Assembly: GCA_965235115.1 (NCBI GenBank)
Contig: OZ249436.1
Span: 7,380,001 to 7,444,000, forward strand
Length of the DNA: 64,000 nucleotides
Source: Laetmonice hystrix
Lineage: Eukaryota
Direction of reading: 5' to 3'
Shown here: positions 1 through 14,435 of the stretch, in pieces
Numbering within the stretch: position 1 is the stretch's first letter
Layout: the number at the start of each line of letters is the position of its first letter
Position numbers and translations under genes: made by a program
Notes under the pieces: model-generated
Database searches by the model: none
The model's input: only the letters and a program-made list of their open reading frames with translations
Told to the model about the DNA's origin: nothing

Positions 1-759
1 ACCGACCACTGTGATGATAATACTTTTTGAAATCATTCCAAACCTATTAATTTCAGCGTTTGTTTTCACTTAAAATACATATACATATAATCATTCCCAG
101 AGAATCGCACATGTTTGAATATAACTGAAATGACTAATCTTAACTATGCTCTCTGCCCCACCAGGAGACACATCTCATTTTCTACCTGCCATTTGTATTT
201 GATTAGTGGATGAATCAGCCTTCAACATGACTGAACCTACCAGGTGTATGTCTAGCCAAGATGCTTGGCACTGGTACACTTGGTGCTTCTCATGAAGCAA
301 ACATCCCAAAGCTTAACGTTTGTAATTCATCTGACATTCCTCATCAAATATATGTTTTTCCTCCTGGTAGGTCCACGGAAGAAATATGTATTAGAGGTAA
401 TTGACCGAGTTGCTCAATGACATAGAACCGCCATACGTCAGATATAGATATTTCGGTTCGACAAAAAGTTCGACTTTTTAAATGTCTCAACATCACAGGA
501 ATCTATTACACAAGAAGTCCCGCTCTTGGTCAGCGTTTCTACGGCAGGGAACTTGACTAAAAGAAACCGGCTGCTTCCTCAAATTGCTTGAGCTGTTTTG
601 CACATTTGATGCATTGTCTTTCATTCTCGCTGTAAAACTGTGCGAGTAAGCACCTGAGCCTTAGCTGCTGACTTACTGCCCCTTGACAGACAACCCCCCA
701 GCATGTCATCCTTTAAGGGAGTCCTCTACCAGTCGGAGTGAACCAAGATGTTTGAAAGG

Positions 760-955
760 CGCCCCCTGACGTGGTGTAGAGTGGGCGTGTGCCGGTCTGA
801 CGCGCGGCCCGTGGCCCGCTCGTGGCGGGGCCGCCCGAGGAGGGATCCCGGGCCGGGAACCCTGCCAGGTCACATCAGCACGCCGCACGCCTCACTCCCC
901 CCCCCCCCCCCGCGTCCTTCCTTCCTGCTTGCAGCCAGCGACACATGGCGCGGCA
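760..955. promoter_or_regulatory. GC/CpG-rich island in presumed intron; candidate cis-regulatory element
   Basis: Locally very GC- and CpG-rich (gacgcgcggcccgtggcccgctcgtggcggggccgcccgagg) with TGACGT and GC-box motifs and a poly-C run, against an AT-richer background. The overlapping ORFs are not protein-like. Confidence 0.3.
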
Positions 956-1355
956 AACTAACCAGAAAAATTCTCCCGATAATACCTGATAATCCTCGGG
1001 CCAAATCATAAATACCAGCAGTCAAGGCCATTCATTATACTCAGTACAAAGGTGACTCATTGAGAAAGTGATCTCCTTGAAAGACTTTCTGGTAAATTCT
1101 TCACGTGCATTGTATGCTAGCCCTTTGCTAACTACAGCGAGAAAAAATATCAATTGTTCCAGACCATGCAACCCTATCACAACAAACAAACAAATGGACT
1201 TCAGGGACGGTGGCTTTCCTGATCCACCTAATATCCCCTCTCCTTGTCATTACGCAATATCGCCACCATTTCATAATCTATATTTGGTCGGAATGGAGCA
1301 TGTCCTCAATGGCCTGGGTTTGCCTAAAGTCACCTGGATTACATGGTGCGATGGT

Positions 1356-1548
1356 CGCCATCTGACTGACTGATATTTATTACAGGACACTAGTCCCAGT
1401 ATTTGTTCCACGACCTGCTGGGAGGCGCCCATCTGACTGACTGATATTTATTACAGGACACTAGTTCCAGTATTTGTTCCACGACCTGCTGGGAGACGCC
1501 CATCTGACTGACTGATATTTATTACAGGACACTAGTCCCAGTATTTGT
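1356..1548. repeat. 71-bp tandem repeat, about 2.7 copies
   Basis: ATCTGACTGACTGATATTTATTACAGGACACTAG recurs at 1360, 1431 and 1502 (period 71). Confidence 0.95.
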
Positions 1549-1587
1549 AACTGGGCATTGCCTGTCTGACTTCACGTGATCACTCAC

Positions 1588-1636
1588 AGATAGCAGTCAG
1601 CACGCCGGCCAGCAGTGGCCCGCTGACGTTGACCAT
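1588..1636 (-). CDS. Candidate first coding segment MVNVSGPLLAGVLTAI (signal-peptide-like) at the 3' end of candidate exon 2070-1588
   Basis: ATG at 1636 (cgaATGG), then 49 nt of hydrophobic coding sequence, then a consensus donor T|GTGAGT at 1587 (phase 1). An upstream acceptor ttcatgccggttgacag|G lies at 2071. The exon is more GC-rich than its flanks. No downstream exon was identified in the window. Confidence 0.5.
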
Positions 1637-1723
1637 TCGTTGTGGCCGTTTGTACCCGTCAGGAGGGTCTGGCAGGTCGGTAGCTACCAGAGAGACTTCA
1701 CTCGGCCACGGGTTATGAATGAT

Positions 1724-2020
1724 CTACGAAGTTATCGGCCACAAGGAGCCAGAGCGCGTCAGTAGAGAGAACTCAAGGGTATCGGTAGAGGTCAGAGGGA
1801 CCCGGACAGAACATGGTTCCTCCACGGTCTCCTCCTGCGTGTTATCCCCTCTACCTCCAGTGTTACCTCCAGTAACTCCCATCACCTGCCTGCATATTGT
1901 CACTGTCAGTACTGTCCCTGCGGTCAGCGCCCCAGAGAACGTACCCATCCTGGGGTCACCTATCGCCGTGCTCCTGACACGTTCCCCTATATCACCCTGC
2001 ACCGCGATCTGCTGCGACAT
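1724..2020 (-). CDS. 98-codon ORF (MSQQIAVQGD...WPITS) inside the candidate exon; probable uORF, in frame with ATG 1636
   Basis: From the ORF track. It ends at TAG 1726-1724, 87 nt before ATG 1636 in the same frame. No recognisable domain. Confidence 0.3.
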   Translation of the reverse strand: MSQQIAVQGDIGERVRSTAIGDPRMGTFSGALTAGTVLTVTICRQVMGVTGGNTGGRGDNTQEETVEEPCSVRVPLTSTDTLEFSLLTRSGSLWPITS

Positions 2021-5000
2021 GAACTCAATACTGTTTATGTTACCCTGGCCATGTTATCCATGTACTGAACCTGTCAACCGGCATGAAATACCAACTCAAA
2101 TTCAGCCATACGCATGACGTATGTATACTTTGTAAGGAAATCTTTTCAAATGATAAAGTTCTACATATGACCATTTGGCGTTACTTGCAGCACCCGACAT
2201 TTCTTTCTGAAGTTCTAACATTTCAACTTCCGACAAAGAGTTTCACGGATAGACTATCAAAAGGGGTTGTCTCTAATGGTAGATTCAAACTGAGCTGCTG
2301 CCAGCCCGTCTTTATTCCTGGAAGACGGCCAAGTTTGTCCAATGTGCCAGGGGGCCTGCACGGAACATGGGCGTCACAGTGCGGGGTCGGAAGCCTCGGT
2401 TAGGACCCCCAGGGACACGGTTTCTCTTCCTGAACTCACAGATGCCTTTTTCAAGGAGAAGATTCAGGGTGCCACTGCAAAGGCTGTTAACCTGTGACGC
2501 CTTAACATGCTTATAATATCTCAAATCCAAGGGAAGAGATGAGCAAACGAACTGCTTCTTCAATTAAAATAGGACACATCCTGAGCTTCGTACAGAAAGT
2601 TGGAAAGGCCAAATGCAGGCAAAAAGGGCTCAAAATCCCCTTGACTAGAGATATCTGAGGCAGCTGGTTGTTGCCTTCACAGAGGCGAAGATCTGATCTG
2701 ACATATGCATAACTTACTAGCCGCACGCTGCCCCTGAATCTCTTTTTATTTTCTCTTCGTCCTTTTCTCCCCGATTTATTTACAGCGACGATTTTTTGTT
2801 TCAGGAATTCCTACCATTATGTTAATTCAGAAGTTTCTGCTTTCTCCTGTCCGTATTATCCTGGCTCGCCGAGGACGACTCAGAGTTACCGGTGAGCCCC
2901 TATGTGTTATTCCCAAAAGAAATCTATAAGTAACTAAGGAAAAATGGAAGGTCTTTTCATCTTTTTACCTTTACGTCAAAGGAACTGTTACTTTACGTGT
3001 CCGTTTTCCCAAAGGTGTGTCAGAGAGGGCACCTTTGATGCTCAAAGTGCCTCGTTAAATATTTGCAGGCTATCCATGAAGTATCAGAAGCTTATGTGGC
3101 CTTACACTGCATGAATATCGATGGGGCAGGAAAGTAAAGATTTGGGCTTAAGTTCTTTTCTACAAATAAGGCATATCAAAATGCCAATTAAAAGCACTAT
3201 ATTGCTGCACATTGAAAGAACCGTTAGGGGAGGCAGACCTCTTATGGAACCTATACCCAAACACCGGGGTGTGAAGGATGAACGGCCCTGGGTTTACGGT
3301 TAGGAGATTATGGAGTACCCCCCCCCCCCCCACACCTCCCCCCTCCTAATTCCAGGACGTGTGAATCACCTTAAAGCTGGGGTAGGTAGGGGGGGGGGGG
3401 GGTCGGCAGTAACAGGATGTGGTGGTGGTGAGAAGGCATTCCGCACGGGTCACAATCGGCACGAGCCTTCAACATGCATGCCAGGCTGGTGGATATAACA
3501 TGGCCAACCCACGATACCTGGCCCCATCCTTTTTATGATGTTTGGATGGCGCGAGGACAAAGGTTACAGACCATCTGTATGCTTGCTGAGAAAACAGCCA
3601 CACTGGGACTTACCCCGACTCAGTCTTGAAAGCCAGCCCCTCGTCCCACCATTCATCACACAATGGATAAATCAAATCGAAATCGTTTGCTTCTTTCATT
3701 CTATATATTTAACCCCCACCACCACCACGTCCTCCACAAAAAGGCTTGCCACTGATCAGGGTTATTTTATATGACCTTACGCCCTCAAAATGTGTGAAGA
3801 GTTATGCTTTAAGGTAAGTCAGTGAAACTGATAGTTTCCTACACACTTTGGCCTTTCCCAGTCTGAAACCAAAGGATGAGGGCTCCGACTCGAGTTGTTT
3901 GTGTGGGCGTTATTTGATTAAAACTATCTTTTTCACTGTTTCTGTGGCTATCTTTCTCCGCATGCAAATCTTATCAACTTCAACACTTGTGGGTTGCAGT
4001 ACTTTTAAACAGTCTACTTGTCTGTAACATTTAAAGGAAATAACTCATTTAGGTCCCAACAACAGAACGGTAAAGGGCTAAATAATTCAATAGTGTCCTA
4101 GATCTGGTGTCTATACTATATTTTCATTTAAAAAAACTTTTAAGAATTATCATTTAATGAAAGAAACAATATTTTGGTTTTATCTTTTGCTCCTTATTGG
4201 CATTGGCCTAATTCCAGAAGAACCCTACTACGCGTCCAGTCACCTCCCCCCCCCTCACCCCACCCCCCACCCCCCACCCCCGGCCATCGCCCCTTTTTGC
4301 TCACTGCTCTTACTGTCCAGTGATAAACACGTGTACCACCCCCTTGGCACCAGGATCTTAGCAAGAAGAGGGTACATAAAGATACCCAGGAGTGGTGACG
4401 GGCCACATGATTATGACAGCATGGAATTCCAACATGGCTCCTGGTCATAAATACTGTCTACTTTATCGTTCTGACAAATCCTAGGCACATGTCCAGTGCA
4501 GCCGACAACACTCAGGGGTCAATGGTCATGGGGTCAGGGTCAGGGGTGAATGGCCCTCGGGGTCAGAGGTCAGGCTGGTCGTGTGCGTACTTGGGTGTGA
4601 TATAGCAGGGAGAGAAGGGCCCAACACAGGTCCTGAGTAAAGCTCTACACAACGGCTTCTTTGGTTTCAGGCTTTCACCATCGCAGTTGGTAGCAGTCGC
4701 CCCTGGCCATAGTCAGCGCCCGGAGATAAACCGTTAAAACGACAGCTTCCACACCGTTCACACTGTCTTAGCGCCACAGCATGTGTATAACCTCCAGCTA
4801 TTTTCATCAGGAAATCGCTTCCATTCGGTTGGTTTTCACCAAGTTCATAGAACATGCCCTCAGAATGGTTCAGTGATTTCTACATTTACCACTGTATGTT
4901 ATAAAAATATCGTCAATATACCTAATTCAACTTTTTGTCATCGATTACTCGTTAATATACATTTTCTGTCAAACGAAAATTAAAAAATACAGAATTAACC

Positions 5001-5814
5001 AGCCCTTAGTTGGGCCGTGCTTCGACCCCTAACCTACCTGGATCACCTTGGTATCTATTACCCTAATTAAATACCATACCACACAGCACAACTCCAGAAA
5101 ACCCTCTCCTGTGCCAAATATTTCTTTAGTAATTCTGGTAGTTTGATACCATAAAAAGCCAGTCTGTTCTCTTGTTTGGGTCTGATAGAGACATCGGGGC
5201 ACGCCTACCGATCGAGAACGATCGAGAACGGTAAGCCGTGACTTTCGTTGGCGATTAGATCATAAGTAATCACAATTTAGCTACTGCCTTGTACAAACAT
5301 TGACTGGCCTCCTAGAGAGCGGTCTTATTATTCCTTGACTAACCCTTAGCTGGGCATGCCCTGCCCTCAACCCCCATGTGGACCCCCTGCAATGAACTGA
5401 CCATTACCACTAACCAGTGTTGCCCACCACAGAGATTGCCCTCAGACTCCCCCCTCAGGTACGACATAAGTCTCCACCAGGGGGCAGACCGACAGACTGA
5501 CCACTCCCATCATTTCCTACCATAATGAAGGACCAGGGGCCAGTCTGGCTTAACTCTTCGTTATATGCGAGAAATTGTTTTTTAACGAGAAGCCTTGTTT
5601 TCCGTTCTGCACACGTTAACGATACCGTTACTATTCAGGAGCGAAGTAAGACTGGCGCCAGTGTTGTTAGTCCATTACAAGGTCACGAGTCGACACAGAA
5701 CCATTTCTTATATTTAACCCGATACTGCGTACGTTCGGATCAGTACCGCACGAAAACTTTTGCTGAACATAGCACGGCGCTCGATATATTAACAGATTTC
5801 TTACCCCTGAACTG

Positions 5815-5916
5815 GACAGCATGGCAAGTGTCAGGTGATGGGGTAAAGGCAGTCACCCCATCCGGTGACAGCATGGCAAGTGTCAGGTGATGGGTAAAGC
5901 CAGTCACCCCATCCGG
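5815..5916. repeat. Direct duplication of about 52 bp with an internal hairpin
   Basis: GACAGCATGGCAAGTGTCAGGTGATGGG(G)TAAAG.CAGTCACCCCATCCGG at 5815 and 5867. GATGGGGT/ACCCCATC are reverse complements. Confidence 0.9.
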
Positions 5917-8900
5917 ACTCACGGACGGACGGCGCAGGGTGTGGGCCACCGACTAGTTGTGTATTTGTGGGCCGGGCCGGGCGGACCGACTCCTGTGACA
6001 CAACGTATACATTGCACCACCAGATCTGGACAACATTGGACCTTCCTGCCATCAACCAGGTCAAGTGTAGACAGCCCACCTCCAGCCTCAGTACTACAAG
6101 TACTCCTGGACCAGTGCACTGCCAGTGTACAAACAGCATTCTGTACAGGGATCACGAAATGACGACCATTTAGGCCGACCAGGGAAAGGATATTGATTTT
6201 GAATATACGTATATCTCATTCGCATCTCTTTTCTGTACTGTTTATGTAAGCGACAAAAGGTGTTACAGTTTAACTGTTTCCAAATACCAAATGCTTCATT
6301 TCTTGCTTACATTTACTGTAAGGACACCCCATAAATGGGCCAGGCGGTTTCAAGAGCTGTAACTGTGAGACTGGCTCCCATATAAAACAGCTTGTATGGA
6401 TGTCGAACACCAAAGACTGCGGCATTCTACATCACCTTATAGTACGTGGTATGAGGATGAGCCATATGTAGCCCCTCTGTGTTTTAGTTCTCTAACAGCC
6501 CACCAGGAGCAGAAGTCTGATATGGCTTCCATTGACGCGACCTTCATCAATGCCAACGGGTGCACAAATTAACAACCAACAGCCGAGGAATGTGAATCGT
6601 AACCCACCTTATCACCCTTCACTGTTCACGTGTATACGTTAACTACCGGGGGGGGGGGGGCTTTCCCCCAGGACCCCCAACTGCAGGCCCTAGCAAACAG
6701 CGCCTCTGGTTATTAGTGTGACTTAACCTAATTAAAGAACCAAAAGCCGGAAGTCTACATTCTTTGCAGGCCAACTGAGGGCACTGTAAACTCCCTGCTG
6801 ACCTACTGAAGAGTTCCCATATGTTTGAATCTCCCTCGGGACAGTAGAACAAGGCAGGCACGGGCCACAGATCATCAACTGGTTAAGGTTTTCACTGATA
6901 ACATGGATAATTAATTACAACTGTATTATATCATCTGCTTGTTGCACATCTAAGACATTCCAATGGTAATAGCCATGTTCACTCATAGTGAGAAACACGA
7001 ACCTTTAGACTAACCGGTTCTGTTTCCTAGGTTCTACCTTATACCAGACCTTTATCTAGACTTTTACTCCACAGGACCTTTTCAGGTTCATCTCAACTGT
7101 CTCTCGTGTTTAAATTCCACATTTCAACCATTAGTAATGTGACTGTATTATAGTGCAGACTGAAATCATACCGCTATACCCCCAGAACGCTGTGGAGTGA
7201 TAGGTGGGGCCTCCTGTACATCTCATCATTTTCAGGCTGATAATATTTTATTCCTAACACATGTTGAGGATGGACGGGTGGATGGATGAGGCCAGACTTG
7301 CTAACTACAATTTTTATTATTATTCTTCGTTGTGTGTCAGAAGGTGTACGGGGAAAGGAATTCTGGCCTTCTGTTGTTTCTAGGCCAGGCCGGCAGGAAG
7401 TAATCAATCCAGACCTACAGTTTGATAGGAGTCGAGCAGTTGTTAGGTTCCAGTACCAGGTCAGGGTTACATAAGAACACCACATGGCCAGCACCATAGA
7501 GACCCAGGTCCCAATAACCCAATACTGAAAGGTAAATAACAGAATTAAGGATGAGACCATGTCTTGCTGTCACCCTAACAGTGTTACCACCGGTCTATAA
7601 CTAAACCAAACTGACTCATAGACGTGCATATTCTGACATAACAATGTTACATGAACTCCAGGAAACAGTGGCCGTTGGTTTACAATATGAAATTTAAAGA
7701 GTGCTAAACGTAAACTTTCAACTGTCAACATTGACGTTTTGGGTTCACACATAATCAGGTCTGCCAAAAGGCTCCATGGAAATATCAACCTGGAAACGTT
7801 TTGTGGCTCCGAACTGAAGCTCCGCCTAGCCCCACCCAAACCCCCCTCCCCCACATTTCCTCCTCGATCCTTGCCATTTCTGTGCTCCCTCTTCACAGCT
7901 GATCTGCTTCCACTCCCGGAGTTCCTGCTTATATAGACAGGCACATGTTTCTTCCATTTGGAGACCATGCCAAATGCCCTGTCTGGTCCGCCTGGGTTGC
8001 AGGGCCCTGTGGGGCCGGCCCGTACTGCCACTCGGACCGCCACCTTGTGTGGAGGAAGCTGATGTTTATACCATACGAGGGGGTTCTCAGTGTATGTCTG
8101 TGGGCGTGCCAGCCAGGCTGGCCAGGCAGAACAACCAACAACATCCCTTATTGCTCCGTGATCAGAACCAGCACTGAGGCCAGTTCAAACTGTACAACGA
8201 CCATGAGCCAGGCTGGCCGTCAACACCTTGTGAGGGGCAGACAGGGCAGAGCGACGATACAGGTACTAACTACCAACCTGATACGATCCACACAGGTGAT
8301 TCATTAAACAAGTGATCCTCCCCCGGCTCCACCACCATTTCAAACCTTGTACCAATCCTGCACGGCACATGGAGCCGGCCGCGCCCGCTGCTCCCACTTA
8401 GGACGTTGCCCCTACTTCTCCAATCACGCCCTCCTCTCTGCCCATGACGGCTGTAAATGTTTGCCCCTGCAGTGCCACCATACACCACCTTTTGCTCATA
8501 TCAACCTTTCCCATCCTCCCTCTCCACCACCAGTGTATAATATGGCGAACCACTGCTCCAGTATCGTCCTTACTCATCGACTGCACAACCTGGCACCAAC
8601 CTCGTTATCCTCCGTTTTTGCCCGACTATTTTTGCCTGCTGATCCTGTCCCCTTCAAAAGTCATTGATGTACCATTCCTTCTTTTTATTTGTGAACCTTT
8701 ATTTTTAGAAAATCTAAATTCTTGTCCGTTTAAAATAATAACCATAAAATCGAACATGCTTTACTTGGGCCCTGCAGCAAGGTGTTGACGAGCTTCAAAT
8801 ATTTGTCGTAAATTGGAAAAACATGCGTATGCTGGTAATCGTACCATCAACAACCCGGAGCTGCTAAGGTGTTGCAGCATACGATTACATTTTCTATTAC

Positions 8901-11900
8901 AAGTCTCAGGTAACTCTATGAAGGGATGGAGCAACATACAGAAGGAAACCAGGCCCTATCTTTTTATAATAATTCTTGCATACATGATTATATACAGACA
9001 CGTGGATTTGCTTTCCCATATGGCCGCTAAAAACCATGTTTACCATTATGTCTCATTTATATTGGATAAAAAATGGCCGTGGTCTTACATCATTTACACA
9101 CAATAAAAGGGAAACATGCCGTTCTGGCGTTCGTGGATACCAGCCGACAGCGCAGTGTGAAAACCGTGTGTTGTAAACAAAGTCGCGATGGGTGTTGGTC
9201 GCCAAGTATAGTTCTCCGCCGAGGAAATGAGTCCGCATCCTAACTTTTAACCCTGTACAGCCCACGATTTTTTGTCAGTCTTTCTGTAATAAACTGGCCC
9301 AGTATGTAGTGTATGTTATGCTTATTCTTCGTGCTGTGAATAACCATAGTGCAAGGCTTCCGCTTTTGACGTCCCAAACGATAACCCTGCTAACGGAAAT
9401 GACCCATCAGGAGGGTAGGCCTGTCAAAATGTCAGACATTGTTGCTCTTTACTTTCCGTGGTCTAGGGTCAGCTCTGTTAATAACAAACCTATGTATATA
9501 ATAATGGTCAACCTCACCTATACGACCAACAGTCCAGTTTGTATTCGAGCCAGTTTACTGCAGTTTTAGTACGGACCTTAAAGCCAGCTAATACCGCTGC
9601 TGTTCGACCTCCCTGCCAACCACATAAATCCGGCAGACATGGCCTGGGCACCGACATCCTGAAATATCGCTTCCACTGGGAGCACTGCCCTGACTTACGC
9701 TGCCCACGGCATTTTTCTGCCAAATCTTGTTAAGAATATGATGAACGAGCACTTCATCAGTAACAGTCGAAGACGGTCGTAAAATGTTAATTTATTGATG
9801 TTGTGTTTCTTAACGGGGGCATATTTCCTAAAGGTCATTCAATGGTTTATCTGTACCTTGTCCTGTTCGTAAACAAATCAAATAACTTTCTATTAGCATG
9901 GGGACAACAACGCTTGGATCTTTCTGAGTAGGACTGACGGTCCCCCGAAGCCCCCCACCTTACAAAACAGAGGTATAGGTCCTGGATGACCTTGATCGCT
10001 CACCTTGAAGGATGTAAGTGTGACGACCTTGAGCTGTGTTGTAGTGTGATCAAGGCAGTCACTGTGGGAAATATTCAACTAATCACTAACTTATACTCAG
10101 GTTTATTGGTGTCAAACGAAGCCAACAACATAAACCGTCCGTGTATGACAATCCGACAGGTTGCTTGCACAGCGAGTTTGTCAGATTCATGGATTGTGCC
10201 AATTGCAGAGTATTGGTTGGAAGATGGGCGGTGGAGAAAGGGTCGACTTAATAAACCGTAACAGACCACACTTTTTGAACTACACAGGAGAGGTAGATTG
10301 ATTGCAGTTCACTATGTGTTATAACGTCTGCAGCCAAGTCCTGCTATCGCAGGCTAAAGGCAAGGCTCTGCTGGAAGCAATGTTATATTCCACCGCTCTC
10401 TCAGGGCAGGTAAATCTCAAGTCAAACACGCTGGTTGTCCACCACTGAATTACCTGGCTGTACAAAGAAACCATTTGACCACTGTAAATCTTGGCCGGGC
10501 CTGGTGGAGAAAGCACGCTAAGGGCGTGCTGTCAACAGTTCCCAGGCCAGTAGCCCTACCTGGCCACTTCCTAACCAGGCCCACATGGAGACTGTGAGCC
10601 TTCGGTGGCTGTTTGATCAAAGAGTTTCGCTGACCTCACTAAAGGGCTCGCAAGGAGTACCTGCCATGAAGTGCTCCCTGAGGACCTGGCCCTATCGGGC
10701 TCCCAGGCCGGTAAGTCACTGATGAGGTTTGGGGAAACATTAGCCTCATCACATCTCTGGTTATCACCTGGTCTGCCATCCCAACATACTATTCACACAT
10801 CAATCTGCCTTACCTTTTACTTGCCTCAGTAGCTCATGGTCTTCACCTACCACCAAACCACTCCGCCTACCACCAAACCAAAGAGACCATAAACAAGCCA
10901 GGAGAAGACATCCAGCCAGCCAGCCGACCGGCCCTTCTCTCCCTCTGTGCCTAATTCGCTCTCTGGTGTAAACAGTTTTGATTTATCAAACCTCTGGAGG
11001 AGTTAGGTGGTGAACATGGTGCTCAGTCTAGACCCTGTACCATCAGTCTGAGCTGGTCGAGTCGGTGCTAAACATGAAGAAGCCATACAGTAATCATCCT
11101 GATATATGCATCAGTCACTGTGCAGCTACAAAGGGCCGCTAATATATTTTTCTATCACAGACACATTATATGCAATGTGCAAAAGGCATTGGCTCTAAAA
11201 CAATGTCTGAAGCTTGAGTTATTTACGGGGAAAAAACTTGAATCGACCATGTATATAAGCATACAGAAGCTGGTATGCCTCAAAAACCTGACCTTTAGGC
11301 CGATATGTAAAATGCTGCAGAAGCATTTTCTCACTCATATTACGGTGTTTTCTCTGAGACGGACAGCGTCCGGCCTGTCCCTGTAAACAGCTGCCCATCC
11401 CGGCGGTTACCCTTGATAACACCAAGGACAAGATAGCAGCCGGCTCTGACCTGGCGTCACTGATCCCGACCCCGGGTGGGGCCGCTGGCACAAGACCACA
11501 ACCATTGGTGACCTTCTCCTGCTTACATATATTGGATATGCCATCATCTCATGTAAGCTACATACCAGTTTCTCCCTCAAACGACGCTCACACAGCTAAC
11601 TCTGCAAGGCCATTACTGTCTACATCACACCAACACATGAAGTTCGTACTTTGTGTAACTGGCGGTCGACAACTGCCGCCCAAATACAGACCGAAATATT
11701 CCATGTGAACATTCTTACCACTCGGCATGGATTAACAGCACATGTACCTCCTTAGAAGGGGAAAAAACAAAGACCATGCAACAAATTATGCTTTCCAGAT
11801 TTCCCCTTTGATTGGATGGCATCCGCAATGTTATGCAATAACGGACAATTACCTCGCTAATATTCTTTATAATAAATCATATTCTCCACAGAACGGTTCG

Positions 11901-14435
11901 AATTAAGTGGCCTTCCTGAAACACGCAGCTATTACCAACTAGAGAAAAATACACCTTCCCAATATACGTGTTCTTGTTGGATCACAATGAGTTTCACATG
12001 GCTCTAGGTGCTGCCTCATCCCCTGTTGGAATGTAGGGAACTCTCGTGTCCCCTAATCACAGAACTTTCACCATCAAGAGGTCAAACAGTCTGTCAAGGT
12101 CATGGATTAATCTCCTGGTCCCTTTCAAACTACTGGCCACCTGTGTCAACGAGAGGACCGCATGACTATACTGAGTCGTCCATGTACATCATCAGCCGTG
12201 ATCCATACCAGGGCTGGCACATACACGTCTACACCAGGCGGTCTATACCAGGGAGTCTATACCTGCCCGTCCTCCCACTGCTTTACGACCATCAATCCTC
12301 AGTACTTGTTGACATATTCGATCTATTTCCATATCAACCAGCACCTCGTATTGACAGGTGTTTTTATAATGGGAACAAAAAATGGGTAGGCCCAGCAAGG
12401 CAGGCGTCATTGCCATTACAACATCCATTATCCAGGGAATGGATTCCTCGAATCTTGCACATTATAAGAGGAAGACGCCGACTTTCTTATTAGCGGGACT
12501 CTCTATCGGACCAGCACAGGACATGTTTCGCTAACAAGAGAATTCACCGTCTACCAATATTCGTTATATCAGGGCAGGAATGTCGATGTGAAAACCACTT
12601 GCTGCTTTGCACCCACATTACCTGGAGTTAAGGGTGTATAACCCAGAAAACCACCCACACATAAAGCCATGGCCACATTCTTCTCAGGTTGTTGACCTAC
12701 AGCTACACCAGACGTAAGAGTTGGACCTCCGAATGTTTCCCAATGACAAGTCAAGGTTACTCTATTGTCAACGACCTGAGTGGCCGCCAAACCATCCATC
12801 CCAACACGTCCTGGCTCCTCTCCAAATCTCTGCACACTTTTCCTACGTTCTTTACCTCAGAGTGGTCAGAGAACAAAAATATCTTAACTTTAGAATCCCC
12901 ATAAAGTACTGAATCAACATAAAGGACGAGGTATTGTTTCTGGGTTCGTGTTGACGCTATAAACACGGCTAAACTGGTGCCACTCAATCCTACCTGTTCA
13001 TGCAACCAATGAACTGTGACTGTAGAAACCCATGAGGAACGTGTTTTAATTGGAAGGAATGTTTGAGACTGCCACTAGTCTGGGGTCCCATGTGATACAA
13101 TCGGATGTCTGACGGGGCACGCCCATCCTGAACCGCTACACTGATACGACTGGCGCTGGTCGGTGGAGTAGGGCAAGAGGAGAAGGGTTGTATATTTTTG
13201 TTAGACCAATAAAAACACGACCACTTCAACAGTCTCATATAAACTGTACATAGACTACATAACAAACAAACAAGCTGCTTGTCACTAAGTTAGCTCAGGT
13301 GAATTCTTCGCTGATTACAGCTCATCAATTCAATTATCTGTCGGACTTTTTTTGGTTAAGCTACCCTATTAGTGAAAGCTTTGCCAGATTTAAAAAAAAA
13401 CTGTGAATGATGCTGGGGTATGGATTGACTGAGGAGTCCCTACAGCCAAGAGTACATCTGTAATCCTCTTGCCGCTTCATATTCCCCACTGACGAGCACA
13501 TGGAGCAGAAAGGACACGGGCACTGAATGTCCACATCATCAGTTATTATAGCCAGATAGCTCTACACATATATCAAACGATGAAATATGTAAGCTCTGTT
13601 TTGGTCGTGCAAGCTACTCTCCCCCGGAACTACTGAGCCCTATGCCACTCGATCTGATAAAAGACAGAAACTAGCACCCGTCGCAAACCTGATCGGAACA
13701 GCGATTTTCACTCTATCCATACTCCACAGTCAGGTTAGGTCACCCATGCATTAGAGGTCATCCAACCCGTCCTAATGGCCCAGATGACCTTTCCTGGCAT
13801 TCGTCTTGTGGCCCCAACCAACTGACCCCAACGGTAGACTAGGTCACTACTGTGGAGCCTTGCCTCCATTAGCAGGAGGGGACTAAAACATTGATATTAT
13901 AACTACCACACGCGCTCCAGGTTTGTCTGCTCACCACTATCTACCGGCCGGAGCTGGGGTGGAGCCGGGGTGGGGCCGGGGGCGGGGTGATGGGCTGACC
14001 GCCTGGCCTGTGTCCAGGAATGGATACCAGCGGTAGTGGCCCCGGACAGGTAGAGACAGGAAACACGGGTCAGCTGGTGGTCAGTCCCAGGCGCTCTCCT
14101 CCATCCTCGACCCTCTGTGTTTGCTAGCCTTGCCAGAGTTGTCAAATCATGAACGTCTGGAAACCTCTCCTTGACTGACATGAACAGTTCTACACACAGA
14201 GAATACATCAGACCTTGGTGATAGTTTCATTATGGTAGAAGGCTCTTCTAATCTATCACTCTATTCAAACATTATCAGAGAATGTTCACGGATTTCTTGT
14301 ACATCACTGTTCACTAATCATTAGAGGGTAGCTAGCCAGCTTGTCTTCAGTCAGCAGCAGGATTCGGTATTTACAGACTGAATTTTATAGTCACATTTAT
14401 ATTGTTTTGTATTTTTTTTAAATGAATCATCAAAG

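Noticed and set aside
264..285. CTTGGCACTGG resembles the miR-96/263 family 5' end
   Set aside because: Only about 11 nt match and no precursor hairpin is evident.
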